Origin: Deltaproteobacteria bacterium TL4
Lineage (GTDB): Bacteria > SAR324 > NAC60-12
NCBI GenBank assembly: GCA_051382335.1
Contig: JBBCAX010000172.1
Coordinates: 1-10,678 of the forward strand
Length of the DNA stretch: 10,678 nt
Direction: 5' to 3'
Shown: piece after piece, positions 1-7,443 of the stretch
Layout: every line of letters starts with the position of its first letter
Position numbering within the stretch: the stretch's first letter is position 1
Notes under the pieces: model-generated
The model's input: only the letters and a program-made list of their open reading frames with translations
Told to the model about the DNA's origin: nothing
The model's database searches: none
Made by a program: the position numbers and the translations under genes

Positions 1-4
1 ATCA

Positions 5-30
5 GGGCGAACACACAGGTTCGCCCCTAC
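5..30 (-). repeat. GTAG-type REP-like palindrome
   Basis: Minus strand reads GTAG-GGGCGAAC-ctgtgt-GTTCGCCC: a GTAG tetranucleotide followed by a perfect 8-bp GC-rich stem (5-12 / 19-26). Confidence 0.7.
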
Positions 31-245
31 AATTTGTGGCCGAAAATGTGACCAACCCCAATTCATTTATTAAAAAATCATTTATTTCGTGTTTTTCGTG
101 ATTAATTTTCAAACCACCTGCACAGCTAGAAACAATTCAGAATCAGTCTATCCCAACAAATATATAAATAGGCTAAAAAATAAGGGGATCAACATAAAAA
201 TTTTGTAAAAATTATGGCTCTACCGGATCTGGTGTTGCGATTTTT

Positions 246-688
246 GGTAGTGTCCCAGAATGACTTACCCAGCTTTAGCTGGGTAAGTCATCCACTCTTC
301 AGTACTCCAGATAGGGTCAGTTAATCCAGCGGCCATAGCAGGAGTACGTTTTCTACACTGGCCTTTGTCGTCTTCGAGACTCAAGGTTCTGACGGGCCAG
401 CAAAAATTGTAACTCTAGGCCACAAAGTAAGAGCACGCCTTGTGGATCTCCCAATCTTTAGAAAAGCCGTAGGTCTTTCAAACCTTCCGTGAATTCTGGT
501 GTCTATCGGTGCCATTGTACTTCTCCACAAAAGAGGTATTGAGCGTTTTGCTGACTTTGGAACGGCCAAGCCAAAGTCCCAGCATCCTAACACTCAAGCA
601 GAGGGGACACACAAGACTCCAGGAAAAAATGTTGAAAAGGCAGAATTCATATTATTTCTATAGCAGGAAGTCAATCTGGGACACCACC
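246..688 (-). mobile_element. Internally deleted IS1-family insertion sequence remnant (443 bp) with terminal inverted repeats
   Basis: TIRs GGTAGTGTCCCAGAATGACTT (246-266) and the reverse complement of 668-688, GGTGGTGTCCCAGATTGACTT, match at 19/21. They enclose a transposase C-terminal fragment. No target-site duplication seen. Confidence 0.8.
265..600 (-). pseudogene. IS1-family transposase C-terminal fragment with two in-frame stops
   Basis: Manual translation of a frame absent from the ORF track: ...LGRSKVSKTLNTSFVEKYNGTDRHQNSRKV*KTYGFSKDWEIHKACSYFVA*SYNFCWPVRTL...RKRTPAMAAGLTDPIWSTEEWMTYPAKAG*. The motifs NTSxVE..N, KT..FSK, YNF and RTPAMAAGLTD.IWS are typical of IS1-family transposases. 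Stops lie at 478-480 (TGA) and 415-417 (TAG). The N-terminal part is missing, so the 5' boundary is approximate. Confidence 0.85.
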
Positions 689-994
689 GGATAGAGAACC
701 AGACCGTTTGGAGTTGCTAAAACAGTATTCAGGGCTCAATCAGACACAAGTCTTCAATCAATTAATCAACATGGTTGCTTGTGGAGTCAGTGAGGAAAAT
801 TGGATTGATTCTATTGCCCAGGAAAAAAAGGATCAACTCATGGAAAAACAAATTGACAGAATGATGGGGGAACTCTTAGAAAGCTGAAAAACTTACAAAC
901 GGGGACATACAAAGAGAGATGGCAGATAATATTGATACGTGTGTCGAGTAAAATATAGAGAGCAATGGATATCGTCGGAGAGCTTTGATAAAAC

Positions 995-1071
<77 letters not shown>

Positions 1072-1097
1072 ATCAGAAGAAAATATGATTTTTTTAT

Positions 1098-1174
1098 TGG
1101 AGCGGGAAACCGGGCTCGAACCGGCGACCCTCAGCTTGGAAGGCTGATGCTCTAGCCAACTGAGCTACTCCCGC
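1098..1174 (-). tRNA. tRNA-Gly (TCC)
   Basis: Reverse complement GCGGGAGTAGCTCAGTTGGCTAGAGCATCAGCCTTCCAAGCTGAGGGTCGCCGGTTCGAGCCCGGTTTCCCGCTCCA. TCC anticodon, GTTCGA T-loop, encoded CCA. Confidence 0.97.
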
Positions 1175-1188
1175 ATCATGTGAAGGAA

Positions 1189-1219
1189 CATATATGCTTG
1201 AAGTTGTCGTAACTGTCAA
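1189..1219 (-). promoter_or_regulatory. Possible sigma70 promoter for the tRNA-Gly/tRNA-fMet pair
   Basis: Perfect TTGACA at 1219-1214, followed after 17-19 nt by AT-rich CATATATG just upstream of tRNA-Gly. The -10 match is weak. Confidence 0.4.
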
Positions 1220-1308
1220 GGACTTTATCAATAAAAAATATAACCGTCTTTGATTTGAAAACTGGCCTTACTTCAAGGTTATTCCCTTTTGTCTTATTTA
1301 AGGGGAAA

Positions 1309-1493
1309 GTAACGGTTCAGGGGGTATTTGCCACAGAGACACAGATGACTATTAAATGACAAACTCGCTGAGTTTCTCTAAAAAAATGGCAATGTTTTAA
1401 CAATTCCCTAAAATAGGCTTTCATCATATTGAGAATACAGAGAAAACTAAGAATAGTTATAACATCTCTGTGCCTCTGTGGCTGAACGGTTAC
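1309..1493. mobile_element. MITE-like element (185 bp) with inverted ends and a near-perfect 9-bp direct flanking repeat
   Basis: Ends GTAACGGTTCAG (1309-1320) and CTGAACGGTTAC (1482-1493) are 11/12 complementary. Subterminal GCCACAGAGACACAGATG (1330-1347) pairs with CATCTCTGTGCCTCTGTGGC (1463-1482). Flanks AAGGGGAAA (1300-1308) and AGGGGGAAA (1494-1502) match at 8/9. Confidence 0.65.
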
Positions 1494-1518
1494 AGGGGGA
1501 AAATCTGGCAAAGTCAGG

Positions 1519-2010
1519 TCAGCGATAGTTGCTGAACTGCATATCAAAGTCAAATTCCTTAGCCTTTAATTCTGCGATGACTTGTTGCAACAGGTCTATA
1601 CTTTTGGCGGTTACTCTGACTTGTTCTCCCATAACCTGCGCTTGAGCTTTAATTTTCATATCTTTCACAAACTGTGTGATTTGCTTACACTGTTCTTTGT
1701 CTAAGCCTTGCTGTACCGTAATTTTTTTTTTGAGAACTCGGCCTGTCGGCTCGGTTTTGCCATAGACCAGCGATTTCACAGGCACTGAGCGTTTCAACAA
1801 TTTTGTAAGCAGAATGTCTATAGCGGTAGCGAGTTTCAATTCATCGCTTGCCGTAATAGTGATGGAAGGCACGCTTTTATCAAGCGCAAATTCACAGGGA
1901 CTGCCTTTAAAATCATAACGGGTACTGACTTCCCGTTGTGACTGGTTAACCGCATTATCGACTTCTTGTAAATTCACCTCACACACAATATCAAAAGAAC
2001 TACCTGCCAT
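1519..2010 (-). CDS. yajQ: YajQ family nucleotide/cyclic-di-GMP-binding protein (163 aa)
   Basis: SFDIVCEVNLQEVDNAVNQ..RE...RYDFKGS, QAQVMGEQVRVT.K..D.LQ.VI and the C-terminal QFSNYR are YajQ signatures. ATG at 2010 follows an AGGT/GGTGA RBS. Confidence 0.95.
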   Translation of the reverse strand: MAGSSFDIVCEVNLQEVDNAVNQSQREVSTRYDFKGSPCEFALDKSVPSITITASDELKLATAIDILLTKLLKRSVPVKSLVYGKTEPTGRVLKKKITVQQGLDKEQCKQITQFVKDMKIKAQAQVMGEQVRVTAKSIDLLQQVIAELKAKEFDFDMQFSNYR

Positions 2011-2026
2011 AATCACCTACCTTCTT

Positions 2027-3131
2027 TTAATAAACCTGCCGGGAAAGGGCTTCCTTGATAAAGCCATCAATTTCGCCATTAAGCACTGCAGCGGAATTTC
2101 CTGTTTCAAAATCGGTACGATGGTCTTTCACCATCTGATAAGGATGCAAAACATAGCTTCGAATCTGACTGCCCCAGGCAATATCTTGTTTGGTGCTGTT
2201 TAACTTTTCTTTTTCTTTGTTCAGAATTTCCTGCTCGCGCTCATAAAGACGAGCCTTCAGAACTTTCAACGCCGTTGCCTTATTTTTATGCTGGGAGCGC
2301 TCATTTTGACATTGGACAACAATTCCGGTGGGAAGGTGAGTAATCCGTACCGCAGAATCAGTTTTATTGATGTGTTGTCCTCCAGCGCCACTCGCACGGT
2401 AAGTATCGATTCTCAAGTCTTCAGGATTTATTTCGATTTGAATCTCTTCATCAATATCGGCATAAACAAAAACCGAAGCGAAGGAGGTATGACGACGTTT
2501 ATTCGCATCAAAAGGAGAGATACGAACCAAGCGATGCACCCCACTTTCTGTTTTCAATTTACCATACGCATATTTTCCGGAAACCAAAAAGGTGACGGAC
2601 TTGATGCCCGCTTCATCACCGGGTTGCAGATCAAAAATTTCAACGTTATATTGAGATTGATTGGCCCAGCGCAGATACATGTTATAGAGCATGGAGGCCC
2701 AATCGGTAGACTCGGTTCCACCGGCTCCCGGGTGAATCGTCACAATGGCTCCCCCTTCGTCGTGTTCTCCTGAGAAGAGATTTAAAATTTCCATTTGTGT
2801 GATCCGCTTGGTCAGACTTTCACAATACCCCTCAATCTCGGCTAAAAGCCCCTCGTCCTCTTCTTCCTTGTAGAGTTCAATTGCCGTGACCAGGTCATCA
2901 CGAAGGCCAACCAAGGTCCCCCAGATTTCCAGGGTTTCACTGTAGTGAGACATTTCTTTGAGAATTTCCGTTCGTCTTTCCTGAGGGAGCGTCCAAAACT
3001 CATCGCCTGAAGAGCGTCTTTCCAGTATCTGAAGTTTCTCTTGCGCTGTCGCAACGTCAAAGATACCCCTTCAGGTTGTCCAAACGCTGAGTCAAGTCAT
3101 CAACCTGTGCACTTATCTCTTCTCTCAACAT
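2027..3131 (-). CDS. prfB: Peptide chain release factor 2 (about 367 aa, +1 programmed frameshift)
   Basis: SPF and GGQ motifs, GVHRLVRISPFD and WGSQIRSYVLHPY. The upstream frame MLREEISAQVDDLTQRLDNLKGYL ends at CTT-TGA-C and continues in the +1 frame as DVATAQEKL...EMSHYSE. AAGGAG RBS at 3144-3139. Confidence 0.97.
3056..3070 (-). promoter_or_regulatory. prfB programmed +1 ribosomal frameshift site
   Basis: AGGGGTATCTTTGAC: an internal SD-like AGGGG, 3 nt, then CTT TGA C, which is the canonical RF2 autoregulatory cassette. Confidence 0.95.
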
Positions 3132-3215
3132 TACAAAACTCCTTACTTTAATCTGTGTAAAATAGTAGAACGTCTGGCAACCTCGTGATGGAATCACCAT
3201 CAAGGCCGCAATTAA

Positions 3216-4301
3216 TCAAAAATTCTTTTTGGGCATCAGAATATAATAATCCAGATGCAACACCACATTGGGGTGGTAACGTTCTTTTTCCGTTTCAGGG
3301 TCAACAAACCTCAATTCTATTTCTTTTTGGGTTGGGTCCAGATTTTTAAGGCCCACTAATCCCACACGTAAGGCCCCAAATCCGGGATTTCCGGGTATTT
3401 CGCCCTTGCCCAGAATATCGGACCAAGCGTAGAGGGTATCTCCTGCAAAAGTGGGATTCACATGATTTCCACTGTTCCAGCCCAAAATTCCGAGAGCATT
3501 TTCCAACCCGTTAAAGGATAACGCCCTTACGATTGAAATCACGTGTCCCCCATACATCAACCGTTTGCCAAATCGGGAACTTGCCATTTGATGTGCGTTA
3601 AAGTGGACTTTGGCTGTGTTTTGGTAAGAACTGGTGGCCAGCATATGATCCGACTCTTCCACAGTCCGTCCGTCGACATGATAAATCCGTTCTCCGGCTT
3701 CGTAGTCTTCAAAAAACCACTTGCCGCCGGTTGCCGACGTATCCAGTCCTTCTCGCTTAAGACAACCTGCCAACTTCACATTTTCCAACGAAAATTCGGA
3801 AGGTACCGTTGGGTTATCGTCACACCCGGTAGCTATTTCAGCATTGGATTTATTCACCATCACCCAACGATAAAACTGCATTACCAGCTCACCACGTTGA
3901 TTAAAGCCCTTCGTGTGAACATACACATTTCCGTTCTTTCCATTGGAATTTTCTTTTTTTCCAACAACCGTAGACTCCGATCGTAAGGTATCCCCAGGAT
4001 AAACTGGTTTTAAAAAGCGCACATCGGCATAGCCTAAATTGGCCACAGCATTCAGACTCACATCGGGAACCGACTTTCCGAAAACGGTATGAAATACGAG
4101 CAAATCATTAAGGAGTTCTCTTTCAAAGCCCAATTTACGAGCAAACTCAGCGGAACAATAAAGAGGGTATCGCTCTCCGGTTAAAGCGATGTATAAAGCA
4201 TTATCACCTTCCGTCAAGGTCCGGTGAATCGCATGTTTGATCGTATTCCCTACCTCAAAATCTTCGAAAAAATTACCAGAGTTTGTTTTTGTTTGCGCCA
4301 T
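3216..4301 (-). CDS. mch: Double MaoC (hot-dog fold) dehydratase, mesaconyl-CoA hydratase / beta-methylmalyl-CoA dehydratase-like (361 aa)
   Basis: N-terminal KTNSGNFFEDF, VFHTVFGKSVPDVSLNAVANLGYA, YPGDTL, a second-domain FFEDY, YQNTAKVHFN, RLMYGGHVISIVRALSFNGL and PTFAGDT resemble Mch proteins as I recall them. No search was run. Confidence 0.82.
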   Translation of the reverse strand: MAQTKTNSGNFFEDFEVGNTIKHAIHRTLTEGDNALYIALTGERYPLYCSAEFARKLGFERELLNDLLVFHTVFGKSVPDVSLNAVANLGYADVRFLKPVYPGDTLRSESTVVGKKENSNGKNGNVYVHTKGFNQRGELVMQFYRWVMVNKSNAEIATGCDDNPTVPSEFSLENVKLAGCLKREGLDTSATGGKWFFEDYEAGERIYHVDGRTVEESDHMLATSSYQNTAKVHFNAHQMASSRFGKRLMYGGHVISIVRALSFNGLENALGILGWNSGNHVNPTFAGDTLYAWSDILGKGEIPGNPGFGALRVGLVGLKNLDPTQKEIELRFVDPETEKERYHPNVVLHLDYYILMPKKNF

Positions 4302-4479
4302 AGTTACCTTTTCAAAATAATTTCAACCTAAAAAAATTTTTCGGACTTTACCGTTAGCGACCCTAAAGTACAAGATGATTATTTGTTCAGCCTTTATTTG
4401 ATTTTTGCGACAATGACGGTGAGATCATCTTCTTGAGGGGGGGGTGATAGGCCTCACGACGAAAGAGTCGCCTGCAGAC

Positions 4480-5289
4480 TTAGTCGTGTTTTTGATTGAT
4501 TTTAGACAGGGTGGCAATTTTTTTTAGCACCACAATAAATTCAAGACCCTGTTGTTGCATGAAAACGATCTCAAAGGGCAGCGCCATTTCATGCTGACAA
4601 TAAAGCAGAAGTTTCAGAAAGGCCATAGGCGTCCAGACATGGAAGTGGATACTGTAATGCATTTCTTCAAGGTTCTTTACATGTTGCTCCATTTTTTCTT
4701 CAGGGACGTGATCCACAAAATGGGACCACTCCTGATAATGCTGCTTCCTTGAGATGGCAGGTGTTTGTTTAAAATCTTGAAGGAGATGTTCGAGGGGGGT
4801 GACAGGGCGGTTTTTATCAAAGGTGTGACGCATATCAGGAACCCCCAGATAGAGAATGCCCTCTTTTTTTAGCACTCGTAACCAATTGTTCAGCGCAAAA
4901 ACAGGATCTTCCGCGTGTTCGATCATGTGGTTGGAAATCACAAAATCGACACTTTCGGTAGGAAGTGTTCGCAAACGTTCACCATCATCGATGAGATCAA
5001 CAGGGACCAGGTTAAATGGCTCCAATTCGGGATAATGCCATCTCAAGGCTTTTTCCGGCATGTGATCCACATAACGCACCTCTGCGGTGAGAGGAACCTC
5101 CAGGGGGAGGTGTAAGGCCCCTATTTCAATGCCTTTTCCCTGAAGGTATGAAGCCGCGATTTCCTGGCGACGTTTATTTTCTGGAATAGTGGCATTGATC
5201 TTAGGGGACACCGAAGCGTCCGCGGTGTGGATTCGAAGAAATTTTAGACCTACACGGAGGATGCTTTTAATTATTTTTTTTATCGTCAT
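4480..5289 (-). CDS. Class I SAM-dependent methyltransferase (Methyltransf_11-like)
   Basis: GKGIEIGALHLP motif I, SVDFVISNHMIEH and WLRVLKKEGILYLGVPD. Start placed at ATG 5289 behind a GAGGGG RBS; the alternative ATG is at 5301. Confidence 0.8.
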   Translation of the reverse strand: MTIKKIIKSILRVGLKFLRIHTADASVSPKINATIPENKRRQEIAASYLQGKGIEIGALHLPLEVPLTAEVRYVDHMPEKALRWHYPELEPFNLVPVDLIDDGERLRTLPTESVDFVISNHMIEHAEDPVFALNNWLRVLKKEGILYLGVPDMRHTFDKNRPVTPLEHLLQDFKQTPAISRKQHYQEWSHFVDHVPEEKMEQHVKNLEEMHYSIHFHVWTPMAFLKLLLYCQHEMALPFEIVFMQQQGLEFIVVLKKIATLSKINQKHD

Positions 5290-5591
5290 GTTTCCCCTCA
5301 TTTTGTGGACCTTGCTTGTATTCCGATCAATTTAGACGAAAAACAGGGATTCCTTTGAAAAAATTTAAAAAACTGCGCAAAACCGTTACTAATCGAAGAG
5401 GAAAAACAATTTGGTTAAACCTTGCCCGTCAGGGACTTTCACCCTGAAAGAAAATGGCAAGCTGTGCTTGCCGCACCAACGACGAGTTGAGTGGTGTGGG
5501 GGAGGAAAGAACTCCGCAAAAGCCACACACCTCAAAATGAATCAACACCCGTTGAAAAAGCGCAATCCCCCATATCCCCTCGAACGCCTTC

Positions 5592-5645
5592 CTGGGAACG
5601 CGGGCATCCTGCCCGCAAAAGCAGGCGGGACGCCTGCGCTCCCAG
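5592..5645. repeat. GC-rich REP-like long palindrome
   Basis: 25-nt arms CTGGGAACGCGGGCATCCTGCCCGC and GCAGGCGGGACGCCTGCGCTCCCAG are 20/25 complementary around an AAAA loop, 75 nt downstream of the Omp85-like gene. Confidence 0.7.
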
Positions 5646-5720
5646 CCCAAAATACTTTTCTGAAACACTATAGATGGGGCAAGTTTTCACGAATATCATA
5701 ACCCTCCACTCAAGTCGCGC

Positions 5721-6983
5721 TTAGAAAGGATACCCGATAAAGACGGTGGTTTCCGTTGCTTCTTCACTTTGGCCGACATCAATCCTGGCAACCAGGGTGT
5801 TGAAAATAAATCGCGCGCCAATGCCATAAGAGTCTTTAAAGTTTTTCCAAAGGTTGTTTCCGTTATCTGGAGACACGGTTCCTCTCTCGTAAAACGCGGC
5901 TAATTGAAAACCCGCGAAAACTCCTTTTTGTACTACATAATTAAAAGCTTGCTGAACTTCCACAAGATACCAGCGAAATTCAAGGCCCTGAAAATTGGTG
6001 TAGCTGTCAAAAAAGCGGTTGGTGATGAATCCTCGTAACCGTTGAGTTCCCCCAAGCGAGGTTGCTTTTCCATTTTCCGCTTCAGCGACTTGTCGGTTAT
6101 ATAATTCATCTAAAATGGCTTGACAGGAGGGAGGCGCGTCAAGAGGACAAGTAAAATTATCTCGGTCGATTTTTCCCTTCTTGGTGACGGTGGATGAACC
6201 ATAGAATTGATTCAGAACGAGAATGCCTTTTTTATCATCCAACACGGGGATAAAGGCGGTCAAATTGTAATCTTCCTGATAAAAGGCGGAATTCGCGTCA
6301 CGAGAGGCTGGCATTTCATAGCGCTCATATTGGACTCGATAACCAATTCTCGGTTCTCTCCGATTATCAGTATCATCCAAGTATAAACCATACCGAAAAG
6401 CCGTGGGGCTTTCAATCATTCCAACCTCTTCCGCACTGTAAAAAGTACCATTGGGATCAATTAAGCCATAGGGACTTAAGGTTGCGTCTACCGTTCCAAA
6501 GTAGACTTCAAGCTGGTTGTCAAAGAGGTTAAACGAAATTTCTCCTCCACTGCTTAAAATATAATCCGCAAGGAGGTAGTAGGTACTGTCAGGGTCCGAA
6601 TTGATTCCTCGATCTCCTTCAGGCCAGGCTCCATTTTTGATTTCAGTCCGAAAATAAGAAAGCGTGATATGTTTGGTGAATAAGGGGACATCTAAAACGG
6701 ATAAAATATCAATGTTGAAATTACCGTTGAAATGCTCCGCTGCTCCGGTTAAGCTGATAAGGGTGATGTCTACTTCACTTTTTTTAATCGCGGAAAGGGT
6801 GAACCCTGCCCCATAAAAATCCTGAACGCCAGGAATGGAGCCTGCGATGGGGTAAAGAAAATAAGAAAGTTCCGGCTCTGGCTGGGGACGTCTTTCAAAG
6901 AGAATGGCTTGAGCCGAAGGTACAAAAAACAAGGTCGCAAGAAACACACCAAGGGCGTTTTTTAATGAAAGGCACAGTTTCAT
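5721..6983 (-). CDS. Omp85/BamA/TamA-like outer-membrane beta-barrel protein
   Basis: Signal-peptide-like MKLCLSLKNALGVFLATLFFVPSAQA, an LGGTQRLRGF loop-6 motif, SYGIGARF, and amphipathic C-terminal strands ending in F (VFIGYPF). The ORF is open to 7064; the start at 6983 was chosen from the signal peptide. Confidence 0.7.
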   Translation of the reverse strand: MKLCLSLKNALGVFLATLFFVPSAQAILFERRPQPEPELSYFLYPIAGSIPGVQDFYGAGFTLSAIKKSEVDITLISLTGAAEHFNGNFNIDILSVLDVPLFTKHITLSYFRTEIKNGAWPEGDRGINSDPDSTYYLLADYILSSGGEISFNLFDNQLEVYFGTVDATLSPYGLIDPNGTFYSAEEVGMIESPTAFRYGLYLDDTDNRREPRIGYRVQYERYEMPASRDANSAFYQEDYNLTAFIPVLDDKKGILVLNQFYGSSTVTKKGKIDRDNFTCPLDAPPSCQAILDELYNRQVAEAENGKATSLGGTQRLRGFITNRFFDSYTNFQGLEFRWYLVEVQQAFNYVVQKGVFAGFQLAAFYERGTVSPDNGNNLWKNFKDSYGIGARFIFNTLVARIDVGQSEEATETTVFIGYPF

Positions 6984-7143
6984 GATGCTGCTCATTGAGT
7001 GAGAGTTAATGTTTTGTTGACGGTCTAGGAAGAGGGCTTCCAAGGTTTTGAAACCTAGCCGCATAAATAAGCAGAAATTTTATATAAAGGCAAGACTTCA
7101 TCAACTCTCCCTTTGGGGAGGGCACTTCTTTGGCTCAATTTTC

Positions 7144-7294
7144 GGCTACTGGCCTAAGACGGGACAGACATCATTTTAGTAGGTTGGGTAGAGCGGTAGC
7201 GAAACCCAACATCCAGGCAGTAATGTCCGTTTTTCGTTGGGTTTCGCTACGCTCTACCCAACCTACGTTTTTGTCCCACTTTAGACCGGTAGCC
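7144..7294. mobile_element. MITE (151 bp), IS1595-like ends, perfect 8-bp target-site duplication, carrying a REP doublet
   Basis: TIRs GGCTACTGGCCTAAGACGGGACA (7144-7166) and the reverse complement of 7272-7294, GGCTACCGGTCTAAAGTGGGACA, match at 18/23. CAATTTTC is duplicated at 7136-7143 and 7295-7302. Confidence 0.8.
7179..7266. repeat. Inverted pair of GTAG-type REP sequences (REPIN-like doublet)
   Basis: GTAGGTTGGGTAGAGCGGTAGCGAAACCCAAC (7179-7210) and its inverted copy at 7236-7266 are identical except for one indel, with a 25-nt spacer. Confidence 0.85.
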
Positions 7295-7443
7295 CAATTT
7301 TCAGGTGATTATAATTTTTTAATTTTAGTTTGACATTGATAATAAACAAGAGTTATTTCACCTTATCTGTGATCGCTTCGCTTAAGCGCACCCTACAACC
7401 ATTCTCGGACAAGCACCTAGAGTTACTACCAACGCAAGGTAAT

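Noticed and set aside
381..694. ORF-track ORFs 381..593 (-) and 509..694 (+)
   Set aside because: They are alternative frames over the IS1 transposase remnant; the recognisable motifs are in a different, stop-interrupted frame.
1317..1553. 78-aa minus-strand ORF
   Set aside because: It overlaps the yajQ 3' end, runs through the MITE-like repeat and has no recognisable motifs.
3181..3205. Hairpin TGATGG-aatca-CCATCA between mch and prfB as a terminator
   Set aside because: The stem is weak and no U-tract follows it.
2288..5115. Shadow ORFs 2288..2773, 2842..3060, 3543..3986, 4552..4752 and 4915..5115
   Set aside because: They are antisense or off-frame to well-supported genes (prfB, mch-like, methyltransferase).
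5411..5701. Three overlapping short ORFs
   Set aside because: They are kept open by the GC-rich palindrome, and peptides such as PGNAGILPA...GGTPALP are translations of the repeat.
7310..7358. TATAAT (7310-7315) and TTGACA (7330-7335) as a promoter for the PEGA gene
   Set aside because: The two hexamers are in the wrong order, and neither has a convincing partner at 16-18 nt spacing.
7130..7443. 67-aa ORF 7130..7333 and the N-terminal extension of the PEGA ORF from 7330
   Set aside because: The first is a translation of the MITE/REP. The second precedes a better ATG (7444) that starts a signal peptide.
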